Shown: piece by piece, positions 9,372 to 17,858 of the stretch
Position numbering within the stretch: the first letter of the stretch is position 1
How the letters are laid out: every line of letters starts with the position of its first letter
DNA from: a virus
Lineage: Duplodnaviria > Caudoviricetes
Reading direction: 5' to 3' (one strand)
IMG/VR virus record: IMGVR_UViG_3300036856_000108
Coordinates: 1-30,338 of that record
Length of the DNA stretch: 30,338 bases
Translations under genes and position numbers: made by a program
Notes under the pieces: generated by a model
The model's input: only the letters and a program-made list of their open reading frames with translations
What the model was told of the DNA's origin: nothing
Database searches by the model: none

Positions 9372-9899
9372 TCACTCCGGATAAACGATTAAGATTTCAG
9401 CGTCCGAGGACGCCGCCGCGAGATACACCATGCCGGTGATATCCTGCGTAATGGTCAGCCCGATAAGATGACGGCTGGCGGGCTTGGCGTCGGCGATGAG
9501 CCGCTCCATTTCCTGATACATTTCTTCGGTGATGCCGGTTTCCAGCACCCCGATATCGAGGCGGAACGTGCCCGCCTCGTCATTGGTTTCCCACCATTCC
9601 GTCACCTTGATGAGATACCCGAGCGGCTCCACCACGCGGCGAATCGCGCCAATCGTGCCTTTGTGGCTGTGAATAAACCACGCGGACTGAATGACGCGAC
9701 GCTTGGTGGCCTCGGGCCATTTCTCGTCCCAGCGGTCAACCGACAGCGCCCACGCCAGATAGGGCAAAAACTCCAGCGGGCAGGCCAGCGGATCCCAAAG
9801 CTCACGCAGCGGCACCGGCACGGTTTCAAGCTTGGCGCAGGCAGCGGCGGCGGCAACCTCCAGCGGTGATGAGCCCACCGGCAGCAGGCGGCTACTCAT
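9372..9899 (-). CDS. I: Baseplate/tail protein gpI
   Basis: MSSRLLPVGSSPLEVAAA...LPYLAWALSVDRWD...HKGTIGAIRRVVEPLG. Confidence 0.94.
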   Translation of the reverse strand: MSSRLLPVGSSPLEVAAAAACAKLETVPVPLRELWDPLACPLEFLPYLAWALSVDRWDEKWPEATKRRVIQSAWFIHSHKGTIGAIRRVVEPLGYLIKVTEWWETNDEAGTFRLDIGVLETGITEEMYQEMERLIADAKPASRHLIGLTITQDITGMVYLAAASSDAEILIVYPE

Positions 9900-10800
9900 C
9901 GTAGCCACCGATGGTCAGCGCGTAGGCGCTGCAAAATGACGCCTGCGTTTTGTCGAGCTCGAGGTCGGCGGTGGGTTTTACCAGCTCGACGCGCTGGACA
10001 CCTTCAACGTGCAGGGCGGCGTAAATGGCTGAAAGGCGAATGTCGCGCCCTAAACGGTGCTGCGCGCTGACGTATTTCTTGAGCTTGGTCTCGGCGGCCT
10101 GCTTGATGGGCTCCGCTTCTGGCCCCGGAAAAAGATAGAGCTTGGCCTGAATCTCATAGTTGACGATGCTGGCCGACTGCACCGTCACGCGGTCAGCAAC
10201 GGGGCGCACGTTCTCATCGTTGAGCGCGGCCTGTACCACGGCCAGCAGGTCAGCCGAGGCCGAGCCGTTGCCGGTCTGCGCCAGCACTGAGACGGTAACG
10301 CATGCAGGCGACGGGCTGATAACCGAGATGTCGGCCACGCGCCCGTCGGCAGAGCGTCCGTGAAACTCATACGCGCCCACCGGCCCCGCCACGCTCAGCC
10401 CTTCAAACGCCTGCTGTACGCGGATACGCAAATCAGCATCAGTTTCCATCACCGCCGCCGTCACCGGCAGCGCGGAGGTATCGGCAGGCGTCACGGTCAG
10501 GCGCTCAACGTCATAGCGGGCGGCGATATTTTCGAGGTCGCTACCCGTGGCATATGCCAGCATGACGCCCTGCGCCGCCTCGTTGACGCGCTGGCGCAAA
10601 ATCACCTCGCGGTAGGCGTTCTCCTGCAACAACTTGACGATGGGCTCGGACTCCAGCGTCAGGGTGCGGGCGATAGCCGCCTGCTGCTCGGGCGGATAAA
10701 GCGACACCAGCGTTGCTTTGCGCTCGGCTAATAGCACTTCGTAATCAATCACCTCGACAACGGTCGGGGCGGGTAACTGGCTCAGGTCGATAGTCGCCAT
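9892..10800 (-). CDS. J: Baseplate assembly protein gpJ
   Basis: MATIDLSQLPAP.VVE...AFEGLSVAGP.GAYEFH; 302 aa. Confidence 0.95.
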   Translation of the reverse strand: MATIDLSQLPAPTVVEVIDYEVLLAERKATLVSLYPPEQQAAIARTLTLESEPIVKLLQENAYREVILRQRVNEAAQGVMLAYATGSDLENIAARYDVERLTVTPADTSALPVTAAVMETDADLRIRVQQAFEGLSVAGPVGAYEFHGRSADGRVADISVISPSPACVTVSVLAQTGNGSASADLLAVVQAALNDENVRPVADRVTVQSASIVNYEIQAKLYLFPGPEAEPIKQAAETKLKKYVSAQHRLGRDIRLSAIYAALHVEGVQRVELVKPTADLELDKTQASFCSAYALTIGGYDE

Positions 10801-10804
10801 GGTG

Positions 10805-11155
10805 TCAGCTCACTGGAATGTTAAGAGAGAAATCAACGCCGGTGTCGCTGCGGACGCCGTTAATATTCACCACCGTTTTACCGTCAGTAGTCGTGTCAAC
10901 GGTGAGGCCGGTGAGGATGACGCGCGGCTCCCATTTCAAAATTGCGCCATAGCAGGCGGCCATGATTTGCAAGCGCAGCGCGGCGTTTTGCGGGCGGTCA
11001 ATGAGCTGGAAAATCAGCGAGCCGTACTCACGGCGCATCACCCGAGAGCCAACCGGCGTCAGCAAAATGTCACTGACCGACTGGCGAATATGCGCCATGT
11101 CATCAATGGCGCGCCCAGACTCGCGGGCCATGCCGAGATATTTCGCGTTAGTCAT
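10805..11155 (-). CDS. W: Baseplate wedge protein gpW (gp25 family)
   Basis: HIRQSVSDILLTPVGSRVMRREYGS...KWEPR; ATG 11155 overlaps the upstream TAA. Confidence 0.93.
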   Translation of the reverse strand: MTNAKYLGMARESGRAIDDMAHIRQSVSDILLTPVGSRVMRREYGSLIFQLIDRPQNAALRLQIMAACYGAILKWEPRVILTGLTVDTTTDGKTVVNINGVRSDTGVDFSLNIPVS

Positions 11156-11295
11156 TACGAGACAGCCGCTAAAAAACCGATGAATAAAAACCACCCCCAG
11201 CCCTCAGCACCGGCCACGGCGATAGCAGCCGCCCCAGTAAAACAAATTGCCGAGGGAATTTGAGCAATCAGCATTTTCATTGCGGGACTTTTCAT
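11155..11295 (-). CDS. Small hydrophobic 46-aa protein between V and W (not in ORF track)
   Basis: MKSPAMKMLIAQIPSAICFTGAAAIAVAGAEGWGWFLFIGFLAAVS*; TGATG overlap with V stop and TAATG overlap with W start. Confidence 0.75.
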   Translation of the reverse strand: MKSPAMKMLIAQIPSAICFTGAAAIAVAGAEGWGWFLFIGFLAAVS

Positions 11296-11936
11296 CACTG
11301 TGGAGCTCCTGTATTACCGCCGCCGGTTTGCACGCCGCCGTGTTTATGGGTGTGAAGCGCGATGCCGTTTGAGGTCAGGCTCCCGCCGGAATGGCTGATA
11401 TTTCCGCTCATCGTGCCGCCCTGTTTCACCTCCAGCGAGCCGGTGGTCAGCTTGTTGGTGCAAACCACTTCCGGCGTATCGAGCGTGATTTTTTCACTGG
11501 CCGTGACCGTGACATTTGGCGCGGTCACGCTGACCGACGTTGAGGCCACGACGCTGGCCGTTTTAATGCCGGTGACGTTTAGCGCGCCGGTTTCCGGCTC
11601 GTACTCCATCACGGCACCGTCAGAAAACTGGACGTGATAAGCCTGCGCAGAGGCAGACGGGGCGGGGAAATCGTCGCTGTAAATAGCGGGCAGCACAAAA
11701 GCAGTATCGAGCTCGCCGCCGAGCGACAGAATTAACACCTGCTCGCCCACTGAGGGAGCCCACCACGTGCGCGCAGCACCGGCGCGAGGCGTCAGCCAGT
11801 GCAGCCAGTCGGTCATCAGCTCGCCGGTCTGCACGCGACAAAGCGCCTGCTCGGTATCAATTTCAGACACCACGCCGATACGGATAAGGTCGCGCACCGC
11901 GCGGGCCAGTTCAGAGAAGTTTTCGAGAGTATTCAT
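11295..11936 (-). CDS. V: Baseplate spike gpV
   Basis: LIRIGVV...RVQTG...TDWLHW...RAG..RTWWAPSVGEQV; C-terminal HTHKH metal motif. Confidence 0.95.
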   Translation of the reverse strand: MNTLENFSELARAVRDLIRIGVVSEIDTEQALCRVQTGELMTDWLHWLTPRAGAARTWWAPSVGEQVLILSLGGELDTAFVLPAIYSDDFPAPSASAQAYHVQFSDGAVMEYEPETGALNVTGIKTASVVASTSVSVTAPNVTVTASEKITLDTPEVVCTNKLTTGSLEVKQGGTMSGNISHSGGSLTSNGIALHTHKHGGVQTGGGNTGAPQ

Positions 11937-11943
11937 GAGGGAA

Positions 11944-12005
11944 AGGATGCCGCCGGAGAGATCCGGCGACAACGTGCGGGCGTAGGACTATCGGTAGTAC
12001 AACAG
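11944..12005 (-). promoter_or_regulatory. Late promoter pV (probably leaderless mRNA)
   Basis: CTGTTGT-N12-CCTACG (12005-11981); -10-like CATCCT (11949-11944) ends 7 nt before the V ATG; no SD. Confidence 0.75.
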
Positions 12006-12007
12006 GG

Positions 12008-12457
12008 TTATTGACTGAGGCGGGAGAGGATCACATCTTCAACTATTTGGCGGTCTGCGGCACTAAAGCCTAGCAGCGGACGCGCCTCATACTGCACCAG
12101 CTGACTGTGCCGGTTTGGCCTGTCTTTTAGCCCCTCTTGGTGGATGCGCGCAATACGCTGAACCTTGCCCGCAAACTCCACCGTCGCCGCCTCGGTCGAG
12201 CCTTTGGCCTTGAGGTAGCGGGCGGTGCGCATCTTGGCGAACATTTCCCGCTTTACCCGCCCCTTTTTGCCCTTGATGGGCTGGCGTTTTCGGCCCGCAT
12301 ACGGGGAGCCGTCCGGTGCCTGCTGGCGCTTGATACGCTGCTGCTGACTGGCGCGTAACCGCTTGGCAATCTCGGCGGCCATTTGGCGGCGGCTCGCCGG
12401 TGACAGGCTGGCAAGCAGCGCGGCCAGCTTGTCGTCAAAGGCTTTAAAATCACTCAT
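12008..12457 (-). CDS. S: Tail completion protein gpS
   Basis: LRASQQQRI..QQAPDGSPY..RK...MFAK.R...IARIHQEG...Y.ARPLLGF. Confidence 0.92.
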   Translation of the reverse strand: MSDFKAFDDKLAALLASLSPASRRQMAAEIAKRLRASQQQRIKRQQAPDGSPYAGRKRQPIKGKKGRVKREMFAKMRTARYLKAKGSTEAATVEFAGKVQRIARIHQEGLKDRPNRHSQLVQYEARPLLGFSAADRQIVEDVILSRLSQ

Positions 12458-12917
12458 CCCACTGGCTCACCAGCTCGCCGTTGATGTAAAACTCCATCGG
12501 GCGAGTCACCGGCTCAGGCTCCGGCGGCTCCCCGAGCTGGGTCACGTGCAGCGCGCCGCCGCTCTCTTTCACCAGCGTGCGCTCGGTCAGGCTCAGCGAA
12601 ATGCGCAGGTCGATGCTGTCATCGTTATTAATATCGGCCACGTAGGTGAATCCGTGCCTTTTGCCCGCGTCGGTGGTCATGATGTCGGGCTGATTCTCAC
12701 GCAGCCACGCGGTCACCGGCACCAACAGCATATTCATATCACCGGTGTAATCCGTTACCGTGACATCCAGCGAGTAACGATTCTCAAATGACAGCGACGC
12801 GGCCAGCGTCCCGTCAATCGCGCCGTTATCAATAAACAGGCGCAGCATGTCGGGGTTCTGGCGCAGCAGCGGCACGGACTTAAAGAGCGCTTTTTTGAGG
12901 CTGGCTGGTTTTAACAT
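12450..12917 (-). CDS. R: Tail completion protein gpR
   Basis: MLKPASLKKAL...NPDMLRLFIDNG...SLSFE.RY...WLRENQPD. Confidence 0.93.
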   Translation of the reverse strand: MLKPASLKKALFKSVPLLRQNPDMLRLFIDNGAIDGTLAASLSFENRYSLDVTVTDYTGDMNMLLVPVTAWLRENQPDIMTTDAGKRHGFTYVADINNDDSIDLRISLSLTERTLVKESGGALHVTQLGEPPEPEPVTRPMEFYINGELVSQWDE

Positions 12918-13170
12918 CGTGGTTCTCCTGACACTGTTTCACGGTTTCAACTTGCAGCGCGCAACTGACGAGCGCCCCCTCAAGCTGGCGAATATCGTCG
13001 CTCAGGTCGCCGTTAGTTTTCGGCTGGCTGGCCGGTACCTTGCAACTGCTGACCCTCGGACAGCCAGCGTAAATAATCGTCGGGGGTGGCGAACTCGGGG
13101 CGGTTGTGCAGCCTTGCAACGTCATCAGGCAGAGCAGACTGATACCAGCGGCGCAGGGTTTCATTTTCAT
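12880..13170 (-). CDS. lysC: Outer-membrane spanin lipoprotein (LysC/Rz1-like)
   Basis: Signal peptide with lipobox LQGC, Pro-rich stretch, CPRVSSC..P...P.TNGDL; overlaps lysB and R. Confidence 0.88.
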   Translation of the reverse strand: MKMKPCAAGISLLCLMTLQGCTTAPSSPPPTIIYAGCPRVSSCKVPASQPKTNGDLSDDIRQLEGALVSCALQVETVKQCQENHDVKTSQPQKSAL

Positions 13171-13438
13171 TGAGAAGCCTCGTAATGGTCTGGTTGCGGC
13201 GCGTCGCCAACTGGTGCGCCGCGCTAATTTGCCCGCGTAAAACAACCTGCGCGCGCTCGTTGCGGGCAGTGCTGGCTTTCAGTTCGTCCAGCGCCAGACC
13301 GCTGTCTTTCAGGTCGCGCTTGAGCGTGCTAATGCTCTCATTAGCCGCTTCCAGCCTGCTGTTAGCCCGTTTTAAGCCGTTCAGGGTGGCGACCAATAGC
13401 ACCAGCGTGACCAGTAAAAAAATCAGCGCTGTTTTCAT
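13013..13438 (-). CDS. lysB: Inner-membrane spanin (LysB/Rz-like)
   Basis: N-terminal TM, coiled coil, RLLNENETLRRWY...LPDDVARL. Confidence 0.9.
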   Translation of the reverse strand: MKTALIFLLVTLVLLVATLNGLKRANSRLEAANESISTLKRDLKDSGLALDELKASTARNERAQVVLRGQISAAHQLATRRNQTITRLLNENETLRRWYQSALPDDVARLHNRPEFATPDDYLRWLSEGQQLQGTGQPAEN

Positions 13439-13944
13439 GACGCCCCCTTAAGGCAGTGTTTCAGCTCGGCGCTGCGCCGGTTGATTAACCCGTCACTTTT
13501 CACGCCGTTGATAAACACCCAGCGCGGGAGCTGCTGGCAGGCTTTGGCCCATTCGCCTTTGTTGATGAAAAACGCCAGCGTCGAGCGACAGGCGGCACCG
13601 GTGCCGACGTTAAACGCAAAGCTCACCACCGCGTCATACACCGGCTGCGGCATGGCAACGCGCATACACTTATCGACGGCCCGCTCGGTCATCAGCACGT
13701 CGCTAATCAGGTTTTGCGCCGCAATAGGCTCGGTGATCGCCTGCGCGGGTTTGACGCCTGCGGTGTGGCCGATGCCCGACGTCCAGACACCGCCGCAATC
13801 CTGATAGGGATTAAGGCGGCACCCTTCCAGATTGGTGAGCAGCGCGAGCCCTTCATCAGAGATTTTGACCGCTCGGTGGTCAGGCAACGCCAGCGCCAGC
13901 AGCAACACCACGGCCACGCTGCACTTTCTAACGATTGAGCTCAT
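13435..13944 (-). CDS. Endolysin, GH24 lysozyme with probable SAR anchor
   Basis: E40-X8-D49-X5-T55 catalytic triad, DAVVSFAFNVG, GL..RR..E; N-terminal hydrophobic stretch. Confidence 0.9.
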   Translation of the reverse strand: MSSIVRKCSVAVVLLLALALPDHRAVKISDEGLALLTNLEGCRLNPYQDCGGVWTSGIGHTAGVKPAQAITEPIAAQNLISDVLMTERAVDKCMRVAMPQPVYDAVVSFAFNVGTGAACRSTLAFFINKGEWAKACQQLPRWVFINGVKSDGLINRRSAELKHCLKGAS

Positions 13945-14137
13945 CGTAAACCCTCTGCGACAGGCCGTTACGCTCCAGCAACTTGTAGCTTTTGCGCCGG
14001 TAGTACCAGTTTAAAAAGAAGGTGCCCACGGCCACGGCGGCACCCACCAAAAACGCAATATCCTGCGGCGTCAGCGCGCCAAGGAAGGCCAGAAAGGTGG
14101 CAATGGCGTAGGCCATTGAAGACATAATTTTTTCCAT
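13928..14137 (-). CDS. Holin (HP1-like, two TM)
   Basis: Two hydrophobic segments, TFFLNWYYRRK, directly upstream of and overlapping the endolysin. Confidence 0.85.
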   Translation of the reverse strand: MEKIMSSMAYAIATFLAFLGALTPQDIAFLVGAAVAVGTFFLNWYYRRKSYKLLERNGLSQRVYDELNR

Positions 14138-14139
14138 CG

Positions 14140-14343
14140 TCAGTCCCATAGCTGAACGGTTTCAGAAGTGGCGGCAGTATCGAGGTCGGGTAGCTCGACG
14201 GCGGTACCGTGCGGCAAAATATCGCCGAGCTCGGCCAGCCCGAAATTAGCGGTCAGCACCAGCTCGACCACGCCCTCGGTTCGCCCGTAGTGCCGGTAAC
14301 AGAGGGCGTCGAGCGTGTCCCCCTGCTGCGCGATAACCTTCAT
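14140..14343 (-). CDS. X: Tail protein gpX (LysM-like)
   Basis: AQQGDTLDALCYRHYGRTEGVVE.VL.AN.GLAELG..LPHGT; 67 aa. Confidence 0.95.
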   Translation of the reverse strand: MKVIAQQGDTLDALCYRHYGRTEGVVELVLTANFGLAELGDILPHGTAVELPDLDTAATSETVQLWD

Positions 14344-14837
14344 CAGAGCTGGCTCACCATGCCGCGCGCCTGACCCTGCAATCGCGACAGGTGCCAGCGC
14401 ATGTCACGCCACTGGTCATCGACCGACACCTCCAGCGCGTCGGCCTTTTTGTCGCCCTTGGCACTGGAGTCATAGCTGCGATAGCGCTCAAAAATCACGG
14501 CGGCGGTCATCGCGCAGACCGCGCTCAGGTAGTGGAAACACTTCACGCTTTCGCCGTCGAGCACCTCGGCGGGCACGTCTGCAAGCTGCTTATAGCCGTC
14601 ACGCATCTGCTGTTCGCGGTAGAGATACAGCTCGGCATTCACCTCTGCCATGGCCGACTTAATGGCCTCTCTCATGCGCTTGTCGGTGACGACGTGGCCC
14701 AGACGCACCCGCTCACTGACCTGTGCGGGGTCAACGTCGGGAAAGAAAAACGTGTTAACAATTGCCGGACTGGCGACCGCTACGGGCGGGATAACCACGG
14801 TGGCGCTGTCCGCTGCTGCGGTCATAACAATGTCCAT
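14343..14837 (-). CDS. L: Head completion protein gpL
   Basis: NTFFFPDVDP...AMAEVNAEL...ERYRSYD..AKGDKKAD. Confidence 0.92.
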   Translation of the reverse strand: MDIVMTAAADSATVVIPPVAVASPAIVNTFFFPDVDPAQVSERVRLGHVVTDKRMREAIKSAMAEVNAELYLYREQQMRDGYKQLADVPAEVLDGESVKCFHYLSAVCAMTAAVIFERYRSYDSSAKGDKKADALEVSVDDQWRDMRWHLSRLQGQARGMVSQL

Positions 14838-14946
14838 TTTGAAACCTCAATAGGTGGACGGTGGACGCAGGCGTCAGGCAAGGTAAAAACCTGCATCAGC
14901 CTGCGTGCCGTCCGGCGCGGGGCGCGTTCTGTTCACAACCGGAGAG

Positions 14947-15693
14947 TCATACCTTGCGCGGGCGTCCGCGCTTTGCCGGTGTCGCTTTCGGCTTGGCCTT
15001 GCGCGCGCTCGGGGCGGCTTTGGGCTTGGCCGGTGCGGCAACCGGTGCCGGTTTTAGCTCTCTCTCCAGTCGCTCAATGTCTTTTTTTACACCGGCGTTG
15101 ACGTCGAGCTGCATCGCGCGGGCCAAATGCTCCAGCGCCTGTTCGGGCTTCTGCTCGGCGCGCAGCGCCAGACCGGTGATTTTGTGCAGCTTGGCACGCA
15201 CCTCGTCCGGCATGTCGGCGGGGAGGGTCATGTCAATCACGGTCAGCAGGTTGGCGGCGTTCACCGGCTCGCCGGTTTTAAAGGCGCGCATGGCGGCCAT
15301 TGCCACGTCTTCGGCATACAGATAGCCGACGGGGCGCTGGTTGTTCGGCACGCTCAGGCCGTATTTCAGGGCATAGCGGGCCATGTCAAACGAGCCGGAA
15401 ATGTCGCCCGCGTCCAGCGTCCACTGGAGCATGGTCATCAGCACGTCGTCCTGCGTACCGACATCACCGGCCAGCACGCCCGCCACCCACGGCGCATACG
15501 AAGGCAGCATGGCGCGCTTGTGCTCCGCCTTGGTTTCTACGGAACGAATGGTTTTGAGTTTCAGGCGGTCTCCGCGCAGCTTCACCAGCATCTGCCCGTA
15601 AGGCAGTGCCGAACGCAGCGGATCACTTTTCCGCTGCGCCGAGGTGTGTTGAGCAGAGACCCGCATCATGTGACGCTGTGCGGGACTCAACAT
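14947..15693 (-). CDS. M: Terminase small/endonuclease subunit gpM
   Basis: MLSPAQRHMMRVSA...QDDVLMTM..W.LDAGD...DMPDEVRAKLHK...GVKKDIERLER. Confidence 0.94.
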   Translation of the reverse strand: MLSPAQRHMMRVSAQHTSAQRKSDPLRSALPYGQMLVKLRGDRLKLKTIRSVETKAEHKRAMLPSYAPWVAGVLAGDVGTQDDVLMTMLQWTLDAGDISGSFDMARYALKYGLSVPNNQRPVGYLYAEDVAMAAMRAFKTGEPVNAANLLTVIDMTLPADMPDEVRAKLHKITGLALRAEQKPEQALEHLARAMQLDVNAGVKKDIERLERELKPAPVAAPAKPKAAPSARKAKPKATPAKRGRPRKV

Positions 15694-15696
15694 GGT

Positions 15697-16800
15697 TTAC
15701 GCCTCGCTTTCGGTATTGACGGTCTCACCCGCATCGGCGGTTTTTGCTTCCGCTTTCACCGGCGTGAAATCACCGAGCTCGATGTTTTCAATCATCGCCG
15801 CGCAGCCGTAATCCTCGACCACAAAGTCCACCTTCAGCGACTCGTAGTTTTCGATGCGGTCCAAGCTGGCGACCTCATCGATATGGCGGCGGTGTGAGCT
15901 GTCCATGATGTAGATAGACAGGTTATCGAGACGGGTGATTAACAGCGCGTTGTCAGGGAAGTACGGCACGCGCACGGCGGGCAGATTGCCGATGCGCTTC
16001 TGGCTGACGATGATGTCACCAGCCAGCTTCTCGCTGTTTTCCTGAGTCTTATTCACCAGCGGGAAATACTTGTCTGACAGCATTTTACGGCCACACACCA
16101 CGACCAGATTCGGGTCTTCTGAGTGCCACGTATCCAATAGAAAATCGGTGGCGTTCATCACGGCGGCGTCGATATTTGCAAAATCGCCCTGCGCACCGAT
16201 GCGCACCTTGTCTGAGATAACCTTGCCCTCTTCGTCGGTGATTTCAGACATCACACGCTCAGGCGCTTCGTTGCGCAGCTTTTGCAGCCAGCCGACGGCC
16301 ACGTCCTGCAACATCGGATACAGTTCGCGGTCTGAATCTTCCGAGCGGGTCACGCCGTTAAATCCGGCCATGATGTAGTCAAGCGCCTGACGCTTGGCAA
16401 TAGAGTCACGCAGACGGATTTGGAAGTCCTGATAGCGCGCCCACAGGTCGAGGGTGTTGTAGCGAATGTGGAAATCGAAATTAATCTGTTCGCATTTGTA
16501 TTTACGCGACTTGAGCGCCATAAAGTCGGCGGTTTTGCGCTTCTTGCCAGCGGCAGTGTTGGAGTTGCTGGCAATGGAGCCGGTCACGCCAAGGCCGAGT
16601 TTTTCACCCTCGAGATCATCCACCGGCTCCATGTTGATTCTGGTCAGGAATTCTGACGACTCCTGAACGGTGGTGATGAGGCTTTGCGTGACGGACGGCT
16701 CTACGCTGAATTTTTTGTTCAAATCCACCACGTCAACGCCGTTCAGTTCAGCAAGACGGGTCAGGTAGGTATTAAATTTAAAACGGGTATTCGGGCGCAT
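15697..16800 (-). CDS. N: Major capsid protein gpN
   Basis: MRPNTRFKFN.YL..LAELNG...FSVEPSVTQ...ALDYIMAGFNG...LQDVAVGWLQK. Confidence 0.96.
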   Translation of the reverse strand: MRPNTRFKFNTYLTRLAELNGVDVVDLNKKFSVEPSVTQSLITTVQESSEFLTRINMEPVDDLEGEKLGLGVTGSIASNSNTAAGKKRKTADFMALKSRKYKCEQINFDFHIRYNTLDLWARYQDFQIRLRDSIAKRQALDYIMAGFNGVTRSEDSDRELYPMLQDVAVGWLQKLRNEAPERVMSEITDEEGKVISDKVRIGAQGDFANIDAAVMNATDFLLDTWHSEDPNLVVVCGRKMLSDKYFPLVNKTQENSEKLAGDIIVSQKRIGNLPAVRVPYFPDNALLITRLDNLSIYIMDSSHRRHIDEVASLDRIENYESLKVDFVVEDYGCAAMIENIELGDFTPVKAEAKTADAGETVNTESEA

Positions 16801-16845
16801 GGTTTCTCTCTTTCAAATTAGGGAATGTTTACAGGTATTGGCCGG

Positions 16846-17691
16846 TTAGCAGTTGGTCATAAAGCTGGCGTCACCGTTACCGCCGTGCGACTGCTGGCGG
16901 CGCGGCTGGCTGAAACTCTCGGTGGTATCCAAGGACGTTTTCAGCGTGGTAAACGCCTCATTTCCGGCGGTCACGTCGCTTTTCAGGCCCATAATCTGCT
17001 GCTCAAGCTGGGAGAAACGCGTCGCCACGCTCTCGCCCTCGGCCTGCACCGTCTCAGCAACTACCGTGATAGCGGCCTGCACGTCGGAAAAGCGGGCGTC
17101 GTCGGTGGTCTGCTTGGCGCTGAACATGCCTTTGATTTTGTCCGCGAAGGTGTTCAGCAGCGTGTCCGGCAACTCTTCAAACTCCAGTTCTGCAAGGGTC
17201 GCGACAGAGAACAGGTCATCGGGCTGCTCTTTCTTACCGGCGAATGGGTTCACTTTGGCGCGGGCGCTGAATTCCAGCATTTCAGTGCCGAGGCTTGCGG
17301 GGTCATCGGTGACCGCCAGCCCGACCAGATAGGCTTTGCCGGTGTTGGCGAAATTCGGGCGAATTTCCATGGAGGTGTAAATCTTCTGACCGGCTTTGAC
17401 CATAGAGGCCAATTCATCGGTCGGGGTAATTCTGGCAAACAGCGCCCACTTGCCGTTAAGCGCTGAGTCATCATCAATCTGCTCGGCCTTTACCTCGGCG
17501 ACGTCGCCCAGACGTTTGAAATCACCCGTCGGCAATAAGCCGCGAATGTGCTCCAGATTGATACGGCAGCCGTAAACGCGCGGGTCGAACGACGCGCCCA
17601 TTTGCTGGATGTCGCCTGCCTCGATGTTGCGGCCGTCGCAGGTATCACCCTCGACGCCAATACGAAACCACTTCGATACTTTCTTTGCCAT
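16846..17691 (-). CDS. O: Capsid scaffolding protein/protease gpO
   Basis: MAKKVSKWFRIGVEGDTCDGR...YLVGLAVTDDPASLGTE, ends TNC. Confidence 0.96.
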   Translation of the reverse strand: MAKKVSKWFRIGVEGDTCDGRNIEAGDIQQMGASFDPRVYGCRINLEHIRGLLPTGDFKRLGDVAEVKAEQIDDDSALNGKWALFARITPTDELASMVKAGQKIYTSMEIRPNFANTGKAYLVGLAVTDDPASLGTEMLEFSARAKVNPFAGKKEQPDDLFSVATLAELEFEELPDTLLNTFADKIKGMFSAKQTTDDARFSDVQAAITVVAETVQAEGESVATRFSQLEQQIMGLKSDVTAGNEAFTTLKTSLDTTESFSQPRRQQSHGGNGDASFMTNC

Positions 17692-17729
17692 GTGATTGAC
17701 TCCACTCGTTGGGTATTTCTGAGGGGGTC

Positions 17730-17827
17730 AGTTTCCCGAGCTTGCGCCTCAACGACCAGCGGTGGCCGTCTGACGATCTTTGATACAACAGCAGCGTAAT
17801 GCGCGGGCTTACGGTGGTGCGTAGCGT
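17730..17827. promoter_or_regulatory. Divergent late promoters pO/pP sharing one activator site
   Basis: CTGTTGT-N12-CAGACG at 17791-17767; -10-like GAAACT (minus, 17735-17730) and TAGCGT (plus, 17822-17827) symmetric about the site. Confidence 0.72.
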
Positions 17828-17858
17828 GGCGTTTATTCTTTCCAACCAAGGCGAAAGC

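Noticed and set aside
14947-15050. AT-hook-like KRGRPRK tail on gpM
   Set aside because: Basic tails of this kind are usual in P2-family gpM
379-17466. Many plus-strand ORFs antisense to the structural genes
   Set aside because: Shadow frames of GC-rich genes with no recognisable motifs or translation signals
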